Origin: Candidatus Aenigmatarchaeota archaeon
GTDB taxonomy: Archaea > Aenigmatarchaeota > Aenigmatarchaeia > GW2011-AR5
Length of the DNA stretch: 51,340 bases
Reading direction: 5' to 3'
NCBI GenBank assembly: GCA_041645025.1
Contig: JBAZQV010000002.1
Span: 1-51,340 of the forward strand
Part shown: positions 1-9,240 of the stretch, piece by piece
Layout of the letters: the number at the start of each line of letters is the position of its first letter
Position numbering within the stretch: the stretch's first letter is position 1
Translations under genes and position numbers: made by a program
Notes under the pieces: model-generated
Database searches by the model: none
What the model saw: the letters and a program-made list of their open reading frames with translations, nothing else
Told to the model about the DNA's origin: nothing

Positions 1-1
1 G

Positions 2-70
2 CTGAAAACAGAAGGCAAAATAGACGGCTTCCGCGTGGGCCATATGGACCTCTGGGTGATTAAAAAATGA
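2..70 (+). CDS. C-terminal fragment of an ORF that runs off the left edge; function unknown
   Basis: Frame is open from the window edge (..LKTEGKIDGFRVGHMDLWVIKK) and ends at TGA 68-70. Too short to assign. Confidence 0.2.
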   Translation: MKTEGKIDGFRVGHMDLWVIKK

Positions 71-128
71 AAAATCAAATACAATTTGATTTCGTTTCGC
101 AAACGGAAATCTATGAGGTGTTTGCAAA

Positions 129-3100
129 ATGAAAGGCAAAACCACGTTTATAGTTGCAAGCAGCACGATTTTCTTGCTTTTAGCCGTGGTCATATTCGCT
201 CTAAATTTCGGCGATCCTTCTCCGGATGTAGGAACGCCTGATAACGGCACACTTGTAAATTCTACAGCTGGGTACAATTATGTTGACGGGAATTTCACAA
301 ACACGCAGGCCGATGATAATGTTTATTTCACAGACGGAAGGGATAATCCAGGCGGCGTTGGGAACGAACTGGAAGCTTTCATTAATCTCACGTACAACAT
401 AACACCAATCAATTTGCAGGCAGGCCAGATTTTGCAATTGATTTTCAACATAAGCTACTGCCAAACAAGAGATGTTACTTCGCCAAGCACATGCGGTGGC
501 AACAGCGCCCAGGGCACAGCTAATACAATGGATGCAGAGATTTACAACTGGTCCTCCGGAGCGTATATCGGTATTGGAAATATAGCTGATAACAACGATG
601 AAACAATAGCAACCTTTTTTGTCAACAGAAGCTTCTCTGATTTCGTGTCAAATGGTCTGATCAATATAAGATACGAGGCAAATTATACATTGGGCAATGG
701 CCAGGATGCGGTTCTTTCTATAGATTACGCCCCGCTTACCGTGAAGTTTGACAATATAACGCCTGTTGTGACATTGAATCTTCCGGCAAACGGCCTAAAT
801 ACAACAGCAAATAATATAACAGCCAACTTTACGTTTACGGATAATAATGCAACATCTGCATGTTCATTAATCATAAACAATGCAATTAATCAGACAAATA
901 CATTAACACAAAACAATACGATAACGAATTTTAATATTAGCAATCTCGGACATGGCTATTATAATTGGAGCGTGAACTGCACCGACATAGCTAATACAGG
1001 TACATCTTCTGTAAGGTCATTTTTTGTCAACAGGACACCGACGATTGGATCGATAAACAGTACTCCTAATCCGATAAAGGGCGGAAATATTATTATAATC
1101 ACCGCAAGTGCGCCAAACGATCCGAACAATGACACGCTTAACTTTTACTGCGATGCAACTTCAGCACCTACAGCGGCCAACACAGACTGCACCGGCGGAA
1201 CAACGATAGACACGACACCACCATACAGTTTGAGCTGTACTTTCGCGACAGCTGCAACAGATACATCAAATCTTGTATATTGCCGTGTTTATGACAGCGA
1301 AAGCTACAGCACGGCACGCAACACCACATATACAACAGATTCGACTAGCCCAACTACAACAGTGGCAAATGTTGCCAATGATTCCACACTGCCTTATGCG
1401 GACAAGCTCAATGACGGCTCTACCAATATAACTGTTAATGGTGAGACGAGCATGTCGTGCCGCTCCTCTGCTTCGGACATCGCATACTCTTCCATGACAA
1501 ATGACTGCACAATAAGCGGAAGCCAGGCGCTTTGCCAGATAACGACTGTAACACAGGGAAGTTATAACTATTATGTGAGTTGCCAGGACTCTCTCGGAAA
1601 CGAGCAGAACTCCACTACAAATCTCGATGTCGCCTTTACTTTGGACTACACAGCGCCCACAACAACTGACAATTTTTCTTCAGATATACAAACACTCGGC
1701 TATAATGTTACCATAACAGAAGCTGACAACATAGACGGCGATCCGACAACCCTATACTGCACATCGTCAGAAAACTGTTCTCCAAGCACGTCAATAGATA
1801 CTGGCGGCAAGGTGCAGTTCAATTCAAGAGGCACATACTATCTCAGGTACAACAGCACTGATTACGCAGGAAACCAGCAGACAACTGTCAGCAGAACAAT
1901 AATCATCAACCAGCTGCCTACGTTCACATCAGTGTCAGGCACCAGTGGAACAGTAAAGGGCGGCTCGACAATAAATGTAACAACGGTTTCTTCCAGTGCG
2001 GATTCCAATCAGAACATAACACTGTTCGTGTGCAAGACCAGCTCGGCTAATTACACTGGCTGCGTCACTACGTACTGCGCAGTAAATGCAACCGGAAACG
2101 CCACTTGTACTTTCGCAGCAGAGTCAGATGACACAACACATACCTGGTATGCTTTCATATTTGACCAGTCCAATGAAAGTGCTGTAGCCAATCCCAGGAG
2201 CGGCAGTTATACGACAGATTCAACAGGGCCTACAATATCAATCCTGTCACCTACAAACAGCACCTATACGCAAAACAACATAACAGCTACCGTAACCCTG
2301 AGCGAAGCTGCAAGCAACGTCAGCTACTCACTGGACGGCGCTGCCAACGTCTCTATGGCAAGCATATCACCAACAACATGGACCATTGATTTAACAGGCC
2401 TCTCCGACAGTTCTCATACACTGGTATTTTATGCAAACGACACGTCAGGAAATAATGCTGCCCAGAAGAATGTGAGTTTCACTGTAAATACAATACCTGC
2501 TGACACAACATCACCGTCTATTACTGTGATTTCGCCTGTCAACAACACGTATCTGACAAGCACATCTGTTCTCCTGAACATCTCGCTGAACGAAAACGGC
2601 ACCTGGGCTGGATACATAATCGACGGTGGAAACCTTACAATTCTTGCTAATACATCTAACAGAAACTGGAATGCAACGCTTACTGTTGCACAGGGAAGTC
2701 GTAACATCACCTTCTTTGCCAACGACACTTCCAACAACCGCGGCAACACTACAATATCGTTCTTCGTGGATGCTTCAGCTCCAGCATACAGTAACGTAAA
2801 CGTAGCGCCAAACCCTGCCAACCAGTCGCAGACTGTAACATGCTCAGCATTCTGGACTGACACGTTCAACATAACGTCGGCGAGTGTAGAGGAAAATGCG
2901 ACGGGCGTCTTTGAAAATCATACGGTTACAATAACAGGCAGCAGCGGCTGGACCAACTATACCATTGTCGGCACCAAACTTTCCAGTGTCGGGAGTTACA
3001 GATGTAATTTCTATGTCACGGACATTGCCGGCAATTCAAATTCAACCGGCGCGAGCTTTACGGTTCAGGACTTGATAACACCTACCATCACGATAACAAG

Positions 3101-6100
3101 CCCTACCAACACAAGCTACTCCCAGAATGACATGGCGCTGCAAATAGTTTCCAGCGAGCCGTTACTGACAGCCTACTATTGCCTTGATACTTGCGTTTCT
3201 AACACAACAATGACAAATACCTCAACAACTTTGTGGCAGGCATCTCCTACCATAGCGTCTGGTGCTCATACAATAAAATTCTATGGCAATGACACCAGCA
3301 ACAATATTGGCAACGCGACCATAAGCTTTACCATAGACACCACGCTGGGTGATACAACACCTCCCACCATAACAATTCACTCGCCTGTCAACAACACGTA
3401 TCTGACAAGCACGACTGCTCTTCTTAATATTTCACTTAATGAGAATGGTAGCTGGGCTGGATACATAATCGACGGCAACAGCCTGGCGAACCTTGGCAAC
3501 ATATCAAACAGAAACTGGAACATTACCCTGACAGGCTTGGCTAATGGTGTCCAGCATAATGTGACTTTCTTTGCAAACGATTCTTCTGCAAACAAAAACA
3601 CAGGAAACGCGTCTGTAATATTCTTTGTTGATGTTTCAGCACCCCGGTTCTCTTCTGTGGCTGCTGGCCCGAACCCGGCCAATGAAACGCAGACAGTTAC
3701 ATGCTCAGCTTTCTGGACTGATACATTTAACATAACCTCAGCGACTGTTGAAGAAAACGTAACCGGCAGCTTTGTTAATCATAGCGTAATCATAAACACA
3801 GCAACGGGCTGGACCAATTATACAACAGTTTCCCTGACCAAGGGCAGTTACAGGTGCAACTTCTACACCACGGACGCTGCCGGCAATTCAAATTCAACCG
3901 GCGCGAGCTTTACGGTGCGGGATCTTATAGTGCCAACAATCACAATAACGAACCCGCTTAATACGACCTACAACACACGGACACTTGACCTTAACATAGT
4001 AACCAGCGAAAACATTACAGCTGCTAACTATTCGCTGGACGGAACATGGGGCAACCTTACCGGAACAGGAATATTCTGGTCTGTTACATTATCGAACGTT
4101 GCTGACGGGTCGCACATGCTTATTGTTTTTGGCAATGACACATCAAATAATAACGGGAACTCCAGCGTGGTGTTCACAGTTAATACAGCTGTGCCGGATG
4201 TCACAGGTCCTACGCTTACCATAAGGTCGCCTATCAACGGGACTTACTACAATGCAAGCAGCGTGGTTCTCAACATAACATCAAATGAAGATCTTTTATG
4301 GTCTGGCTATTCCATTAATGGCACAACAGTTCAGAATCTTGGCAACACCACGCAGAAAATATGGAACATTACAAAAATACTCAGCGACGGCGTTTACAAT
4401 ATAACTTTCTATGCTAATGACACCTCAAACAACCCTGGAAATACAAGCGACAATGTTGTATATTTCTTCGTCGACACCACAGCGCCGCGGAACAGCAGCA
4501 TCGGATTCATGCCTTTGTCGCCGAATGACACGTCTACGATTACCTGCTTCTCCACATGGACAGATAACATAGGACTTTCTGTTGGCTTTGTGGAGCATAA
4601 CATATCAGGCACGTTTGTCAATTCAACCAATACCACACTTGGCGCCACGCGGGGTGATGTGAACTTTACATTTGTCGCTAATAGCAGCACACCAGGAAGA
4701 GTGGGATGCAGGTTTTATGTTTATGACAATGCTGGCTTTGTGAATGTCACCAGCTTTGTAACCATGAGCGTTACGGACACAACAGTACCGTTCTTAGAAA
4801 ATATAACTTATGCGCCCAACACAACTGCTATGCTCGATCCTGGTGTTGTAAATATTACTGTAAACGTGATCGATAACAGAGCTGTTGGAAGTGCAGTGCT
4901 TAATTACCGGCTGGCTAATGAGACAAACTACACTTCGGTTGCTATGACATCAGCCGGCGGGACGGGTTACAACGGGTCTGTTACGCTGACAGCAGGCAAC
5001 TGGACATTCTTCATCAACGCCACGGACACAAGCAGCAATGTTAACTCCACTGTCTTGACTAACTTGAGCGTTTTCCTGGATCAGACATGGACCAATTCCA
5101 CAACCATCTCTGCTGTAAAAACCATGACGATTAGTCAGAGAATCTCTAACATGACTTTGGGAAACATAACCATAAATAATACGGGAGACTTTGACCTAAA
5201 CTTTACAATAACTTCTACAGCAAGCGGAAACAGGGTAACGTTTAATGGAACGACTAATACGACACTTCTTCTGAACGTATCGTACACAAACAGCAGCACA
5301 TTTTCCGTGGAAGTGAATACAACTGATCTTGCCACAGGCGTTTACAGTTATTCTATAAATATAACTGCGCAGCGAAACGGCGCATTTGTCAGCTCGGAGA
5401 TCCTTAATTTCAGCATAGTCATACAAAACGTTGCAGGACCTTACCTTTCGACAACCATAGATACATTTAGCTCTTCTGTTTCCAAGGGCGCTGCTGGCAT
5501 CACCTATTTAGCCAGGGTTCAGAATCTTGGAACAGCGGATGCGACGGGAGTCTGGCTTGCCTGGACACTGCCATCGGAATTCACACTTACTTCAGGAACT
5601 TTGAACAGAACCATAGGAGCACTTCCGGTTGGTGCCAGCGCTACCAATACAATAACGATTTCAGTTAACACATCGATAAGCGATGTTAATACAACAATAA
5701 ACGCAACTGCAATGGGCATTGACTCTTCGTCGTCGCATTCAAAAGCAGTTACCATAGGAAATCCTGTCACAGTTACCCAGACAGTAACTACGGTGATACC
5801 AGGCGGTGGCGGCGGAGGAAGCGGTGGCAGTGCAGCATCTGTTGTGGAAAAGCTTTTGCTAGGCGAAGAAATTTTGAGCTCCAACGAGACCTTTGAACTG
5901 GTCCGAGGCTATAATGATTCGTTCCCGATACGTGTGAAAAACATATTTGAGAAGACGACAATCTATAATGTTTCCCTGTTGATTGACGGTTATTTGTCGC
6001 GATATATAACAATTTCTCCGAGCTTTGCCAGCGAAATTAAATATAATAAAACAAAGGACTTTGTCGCCACGATTGTCTCTCCTGAATACATGGATAAAGG

Positions 6101-7625
6101 GACTTATTCATTGAAAATTATCATCAAGGGCACAATAGTAGGCCCGGGCGTGATTAAAAATCTCACAGAAACCAAGAACGTCATGCTTGTTATCCACACA
6201 GTAAGCAGGGAAGAATCCACAGACAGTTTGGATATTGCCAGGTCTGACCTAGAGGAAATGAAAAACTCTGGATTTCCGACAGCAAAGCTCTCCAGATATA
6301 TTGAAGAAGCTAACGTGGCATTGCACGCGCACGACTATGAGAGAGCAAAGGAACTATCGGATTTAATAAAATCAACCAAGGCCGATGCTTTCCTGGCACG
6401 CAATCTCATAGATGGAATTAAATCTAAGATATCAAAGTCTTCCATCACAGGCGCTGTTGTTCACATTAAGAGCTCTACCAGAACTGAGGAACTTATAAAT
6501 CTGGCAATGGCGGCATTCGAACGCGAGGATTATCAGACAGCGATACAGCGCATAAAGGATGCCAATTTCACACTGGCTCTGGAAAGCACCACATTTGATC
6601 CTGTTTACTTCCTTATGACTTACTGGTGGGCAATGGCGCTCAGCGCCATGTTTGCGCTGCTCTTCATGATTTTTGCATACCGCCATCATGTCAAGGCCAC
6701 GATAACCCAGGACATATTGAATCTTGCAAAGGAAGAAAATAACATCCTGCACCTTATGAAGATAACCCAGAAGAAACACTTCACCAGAGGCGGTGTAAAA
6801 GCGTTCAGGAAAACCATGGAGCAATATGAGAAACGGCTGGCGGAAATAAGGCAGACAAGAATAAAATTAAGGCACAGAAGACTGCATCTGCTCAAGCCAG
6901 GAGCAATCATAGTGGATCTTCAGAAGGAAAGCGAGGAAGTCATGGAGCTGATGAAGAAAACCCAGCAAAAGTATTTTGTCAGCGTGAAAATGAGCAGGAA
7001 AACTTATCTTGAAAACATGAATCTTTTCAATGGAAGGCTAGCTGAAATCGAGGACGAAAAGATAACAGCAGAAACCCTTTTAGCTGTAAGGGGCGAAACA
7101 CCTTTCAAGCATGAATTCGGTAACATAATTCCTTTGCTGTCAAAACTCAGGCTGTCGCTGTTGCATAAACTCAAAACTGATTCATCAGTGAAAACTTCTG
7201 GTAAACACCCTAAAACTCAACCTCAGTTAAAGTCTTCACTTCACACTATGCTGAAAATACGTTTCAATATGCCGAAAGTAAATCTATCCAATATACATGT
7301 TAATATTCCAAAGGTACACATCAAAATCCCTAAAATGCATGTCAATATTCCAAAAATAAATCTACCTAAGATGAACGTCGTGAAGAGCGATATACGTAAA
7401 CTAGAAAATGAAGCCAAACATATTGAATATGCAAAAGGCGCCGCGCCTCTGGAGCCAAGACTAAATCCTGTGATGCTTAAGGCGACCAGCGTGCCGCGCC
7501 AGTATGATTACGTGCGAGCGGTTAGCTGGGTTCACCATAAAGACCCAGATGCCATAAAGATGTCAGAAAATATTTTGAATTTCAAAAACAGGGTTCGGAG
7601 GATGTTCAAATGGTTAAAAAAATAA
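129..7625 (+). CDS. Giant (2498 aa) surface protein: N-terminal signal/anchor helix, Asn-X-Ser/Thr-rich tandem Ig-like ectodomain, Gly-rich linker, helical stalk, C-terminal TM helix, basic coiled-coil cytoplasmic tail
   Basis: Uninterrupted 7.5 kb ORF with GAGGTG 11-16 nt upstream of the ATG. N-terminal hydrophobic segment FIVASSTIFLLLAVVIFAL. Dozens of NxS/T sequons. Internal ~283 aa repeats. PGGGGGGSGGS linker. TM helix VYFLMTYWWAMALSAMFALLFMIFAY, followed by a Lys/Arg-rich tail. Confidence 0.85.
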   Translation: MKGKTTFIVASSTIFLLLAVVIFALNFGDPSPDVGTPDNGTLVNSTAGYNYVDGNFTNTQADDNVYFTDGRDNPGGVGNELEAFINLTYNITPINLQAGQILQLIFNISYCQTRDVTSPSTCGGNSAQGTANTMDAEIYNWSSGAYIGIGNIADNNDETIATFFVNRSFSDFVSNGLINIRYEANYTLGNGQDAVLSIDYAPLTVKFDNITPVVTLNLPANGLNTTANNITANFTFTDNNATSACSLIINNAINQTNTLTQNNTITNFNISNLGHGYYNWSVNCTDIANTGTSSVRSFFVNRTPTIGSINSTPNPIKGGNIIIITASAPNDPNNDTLNFYCDATSAPTAANTDCTGGTTIDTTPPYSLSCTFATAATDTSNLVYCRVYDSESYSTARNTTYTTDSTSPTTTVANVANDSTLPYADKLNDGSTNITVNGETSMSCRSSASDIAYSSMTNDCTISGSQALCQITTVTQGSYNYYVSCQDSLGNEQNSTTNLDVAFTLDYTAPTTTDNFSSDIQTLGYNVTITEADNIDGDPTTLYCTSSENCSPSTSIDTGGKVQFNSRGTYYLRYNSTDYAGNQQTTVSRTIIINQLPTFTSVSGTSGTVKGGSTINVTTVSSSADSNQNITLFVCKTSSANYTGCVTTYCAVNATGNATCTFAAESDDTTHTWYAFIFDQSNESAVANPRSGSYTTDSTGPTISILSPTNSTYTQNNITATVTLSEAASNVSYSLDGAANVSMASISPTTWTIDLTGLSDSSHTLVFYANDTSGNNAAQKNVSFTVNTIPADTTSPSITVISPVNNTYLTSTSVLLNISLNENGTWAGYIIDGGNLTILANTSNRNWNATLTVAQGSRNITFFANDTSNNRGNTTISFFVDASAPAYSNVNVAPNPANQSQTVTCSAFWTDTFNITSASVEENATGVFENHTVTITGSSGWTNYTIVGTKLSSVGSYRCNFYVTDIAGNSNSTGASFTVQDLITPTITITSPTNTSYSQNDMALQIVSSEPLLTAYYCLDTCVSNTTMTNTSTTLWQASPTIASGAHTIKFYGNDTSNNIGNATISFTIDTTLGDTTPPTITIHSPVNNTYLTSTTALLNISLNENGSWAGYIIDGNSLANLGNISNRNWNITLTGLANGVQHNVTFFANDSSANKNTGNASVIFFVDVSAPRFSSVAAGPNPANETQTVTCSAFWTDTFNITSATVEENVTGSFVNHSVIINTATGWTNYTTVSLTKGSYRCNFYTTDAAGNSNSTGASFTVRDLIVPTITITNPLNTTYNTRTLDLNIVTSENITAANYSLDGTWGNLTGTGIFWSVTLSNVADGSHMLIVFGNDTSNNNGNSSVVFTVNTAVPDVTGPTLTIRSPINGTYYNASSVVLNITSNEDLLWSGYSINGTTVQNLGNTTQKIWNITKILSDGVYNITFYANDTSNNPGNTSDNVVYFFVDTTAPRNSSIGFMPLSPNDTSTITCFSTWTDNIGLSVGFVEHNISGTFVNSTNTTLGATRGDVNFTFVANSSTPGRVGCRFYVYDNAGFVNVTSFVTMSVTDTTVPFLENITYAPNTTAMLDPGVVNITVNVIDNRAVGSAVLNYRLANETNYTSVAMTSAGGTGYNGSVTLTAGNWTFFINATDTSSNVNSTVLTNLSVFLDQTWTNSTTISAVKTMTISQRISNMTLGNITINNTGDFDLNFTITSTASGNRVTFNGTTNTTLLLNVSYTNSSTFSVEVNTTDLATGVYSYSINITAQRNGAFVSSEILNFSIVIQNVAGPYLSTTIDTFSSSVSKGAAGITYLARVQNLGTADATGVWLAWTLPSEFTLTSGTLNRTIGALPVGASATNTITISVNTSISDVNTTINATAMGIDSSSSHSKAVTIGNPVTVTQTVTTVIPGGGGGGSGGSAASVVEKLLLGEEILSSNETFELVRGYNDSFPIRVKNIFEKTTIYNVSLLIDGYLSRYITISPSFASEIKYNKTKDFVATIVSPEYMDKGTYSLKIIIKGTIVGPGVIKNLTETKNVMLVIHTVSREESTDSLDIARSDLEEMKNSGFPTAKLSRYIEEANVALHAHDYERAKELSDLIKSTKADAFLARNLIDGIKSKISKSSITGAVVHIKSSTRTEELINLAMAAFEREDYQTAIQRIKDANFTLALESTTFDPVYFLMTYWWAMALSAMFALLFMIFAYRHHVKATITQDILNLAKEENNILHLMKITQKKHFTRGGVKAFRKTMEQYEKRLAEIRQTRIKLRHRRLHLLKPGAIIVDLQKESEEVMELMKKTQQKYFVSVKMSRKTYLENMNLFNGRLAEIEDEKITAETLLAVRGETPFKHEFGNIIPLLSKLRLSLLHKLKTDSSVKTSGKHPKTQPQLKSSLHTMLKIRFNMPKVNLSNIHVNIPKVHIKIPKMHVNIPKINLPKMNVVKSDIRKLENEAKHIEYAKGAAPLEPRLNPVMLKATSVPRQYDYVRAVSWVHHKDPDAIKMSENILNFKNRVRRMFKWLKK
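2502..5040 (+). repeat. Three tandem super-repeats of ~846-849 nt (282-283 aa, each about three Ig-like modules) inside the giant gene
   Basis: Units start at 2502, 3351 and 4197 (D-T-T-[ST]-P.. / SP[VI]N.TY.. / LN[IS]S.NE..W.GY.I[DN]G). Units 1 and 2 share long identical peptide stretches (SPVNNTYLTST..LLNISLNENG.WAGYIIDG; VTCSAFWTDTFNITSA.VEEN; GSYRCNFY..D.AGNSNSTGASFTV). Unit 3 is more diverged. Confidence 0.75.
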
Positions 7626-8488
7626 TTTTTATTCTGTTTTTGCTGACGATGCTGGTTTCACTGGGTCAGGCAGCTTCTAGAACTGATGCCCTCCTGGCGA
7701 TAAACCAGTCGCAGAACGATATGAATGACATGCTGGAGACAGGGTTTTCTGCAAGCTCTGTCAACGATACCATAGGCGCCATGCGCCAGGCTCTTGAACG
7801 GGCGGACTTTGCTGAAATGTTGCGGCAGAATACAACCGGCGCCCTGGCGCAGCAGGCGAGGAAGGCTCTGGAGGGGCTGAACTACGAGGGATTTACCTAT
7901 GACAGTGTCGTGGCATACGGCAATCAGACAGCAGCAAGAAAGCAAAAGGCGCTTGAGCTGTACGACTCCATACGGGCTTTGGAAATCAGGATTGGTGACA
8001 CTTTTGGATTGAATCTGTCAGATGTGGTGGCACTTGTTGGTCAGGCGAAAGAAGAGTTCCAGAAAGAGCGCTATGACCAGGCGGAGCAGTATTTGTCCAG
8101 TGCCAATACGGTTCTGGAAACCAAAAAAGCAGAGGCAACGACTCTTTCAGCAATGATGGAGGCTGGCAGAAGCTTCATTGAAAGATACTGGCAGGGATTG
8201 CTTGGACTTGTAATACTTATTGTAGCTTTTTCATGGTTTGGAGGAAAAAAATACCAGAAAAACAACTTAAAGAAAAAAATAAGGCGGATGAAGGCGGAAA
8301 AAATTACACTAAATCATTTAATGAAAGAAACCCAGCGGGAGCGCTTTGAAACAGGAAAACTTTCCGGGCCCATTTACGAGATACGCATGGACAAATACAA
8401 TAAGCGGATCAATGAGATTGACCAGAAACTGCCGGTGCTCGAAGCCATGCTGAAGGGAAAGAAGATTGAAGAGAAGGGACAAAAATAA
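7610..8488 (+). CDS. Membrane protein (292 aa) paralogous to the C-terminal stalk/TM/tail module of the upstream giant protein
   Basis: Overlaps the giant gene by 16 nt. Signal peptide IFILFLLTMLVSLGQAAS, helical ectodomain, TM helix GLLGLVILIVAFSWFGG. Cytoplasmic LNHLMKETQRERFETGKLSGPIYEIRMDKYNKRINEI matches the two tail repeats of the giant protein. Confidence 0.8.
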   Translation: MVKKIIFILFLLTMLVSLGQAASRTDALLAINQSQNDMNDMLETGFSASSVNDTIGAMRQALERADFAEMLRQNTTGALAQQARKALEGLNYEGFTYDSVVAYGNQTAARKQKALELYDSIRALEIRIGDTFGLNLSDVVALVGQAKEEFQKERYDQAEQYLSSANTVLETKKAEATTLSAMMEAGRSFIERYWQGLLGLVILIVAFSWFGGKKYQKNNLKKKIRRMKAEKITLNHLMKETQRERFETGKLSGPIYEIRMDKYNKRINEIDQKLPVLEAMLKGKKIEEKGQK

Positions 8489-8499
8489 AATTTATTTAG

Positions 8500-9180
8500 T
8501 ACGGGCGCCGCAAGAACCCCTTGCCCACTTTAGTGGGCGGATGAATTGCTCATAAACTTCAAAGCGCCCGTCAGACTGGTTCTTGAATTATAAAAAATAA
8601 ATAAAAACAGGAAGCGACTTCCTGTTAGCAGAAACTTCAATTACTCATAGGATTCGCTTCCTTAAAAAACATTTTTGGAGGCGATTCCATGATAGAATTA
8701 ATCAAAGCTAGCCACAGTGTTACGGAAACTAATTTGCACCTGCAATTCACGCCTGCTTTCAGGCAGGACGTATTCGAGGACGAGACGACACGAGTTCTCG
8801 TCCGAGACTACATGCTTGCGCAATCCAGACGCAAGAGTTTCGAGATATCTGCATTTGGTTTCGGCAACGACCACTTGCACGTATTTGTCTCGAAATGGAA
8901 AAACTTCGCGCCAGCGAAGCTTGCGCAGCTTCTCAAGGGCTACACATCACGTATGATGCGCAAGCATCATATGGATTTGTTCGAGGACAATCTTTGGGGA
9001 GACATGTTCTGGTCAGGCGGATATTTCGCAAGGACAGTCGGCGCAGTGAACGCAGAAACCGTGAGAAAGTATGTGACGGAATCGCAGAAATACAGCTATG
9101 CAGGAAGCGAACTGCCAAAGCAGAGAAAACTCATAGGATTTGCATCATAAGACGCCAGCCACTTTAGTGGCTGGTAGTTC
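8500..9180 (+). mobile_element. IS200/IS605-family element carrying tnpA only; ends are approximate
   Basis: A Y1 HUH transposase gene is flanked by subterminal hairpins with the same ACTTTAGT apex: GCCCAC-TTTA-GTGGGC at 8523-8538 and CCAGCCAC-TTTA-GTGGCTGG at 9155-9174. No tnpB-like ORF is present. Confidence 0.6.
8689..9150 (+). CDS. tnpA: IS200-type Y1 (HUH) transposase TnpA, 153 aa
   Basis: HUH motif in GNDHLHVFVS. C-terminal catalytic Tyr context ETVRKYVTESQKYSY. Size is typical of the family. GGAGG lies 7 nt upstream of the ATG. Confidence 0.85.
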   Translation: MIELIKASHSVTETNLHLQFTPAFRQDVFEDETTRVLVRDYMLAQSRRKSFEISAFGFGNDHLHVFVSKWKNFAPAKLAQLLKGYTSRMMRKHHMDLFEDNLWGDMFWSGGYFARTVGAVNAETVRKYVTESQKYSYAGSELPKQRKLIGFAS

Positions 9181-9240
9181 ACAATCAGTTCTTCGGACCT
9201 CATTTTTAGGATTTATAAAGACTATACTGATCAGTTTAAT

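Noticed and set aside
2502-5040. Diversity-generating retroelement (template/variable repeat pair) acting on the giant genes
   Set aside because: There is no reverse transcriptase in the window. Mismatches between repeat copies involve all four bases rather than being adenine-specific.
2429-5884. Multiple 66-147 aa minus-strand ORFs inside giant gene 1 (e.g. 2429..2872, 3377..3733, 5519..5884)
   Set aside because: They repeat with the sense-strand super-repeats and have no starts with an RBS. They are antisense to a continuous 7.5 kb ORF. This is a composition artefact.
8698-9167. Overlapping ORFs 8717..8956, 8895..9167 and the minus-strand ORFs within tnpA
   Set aside because: The frame carrying the HUH and catalytic Tyr motifs explains the locus. 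The others are short and Arg/Ser-rich.
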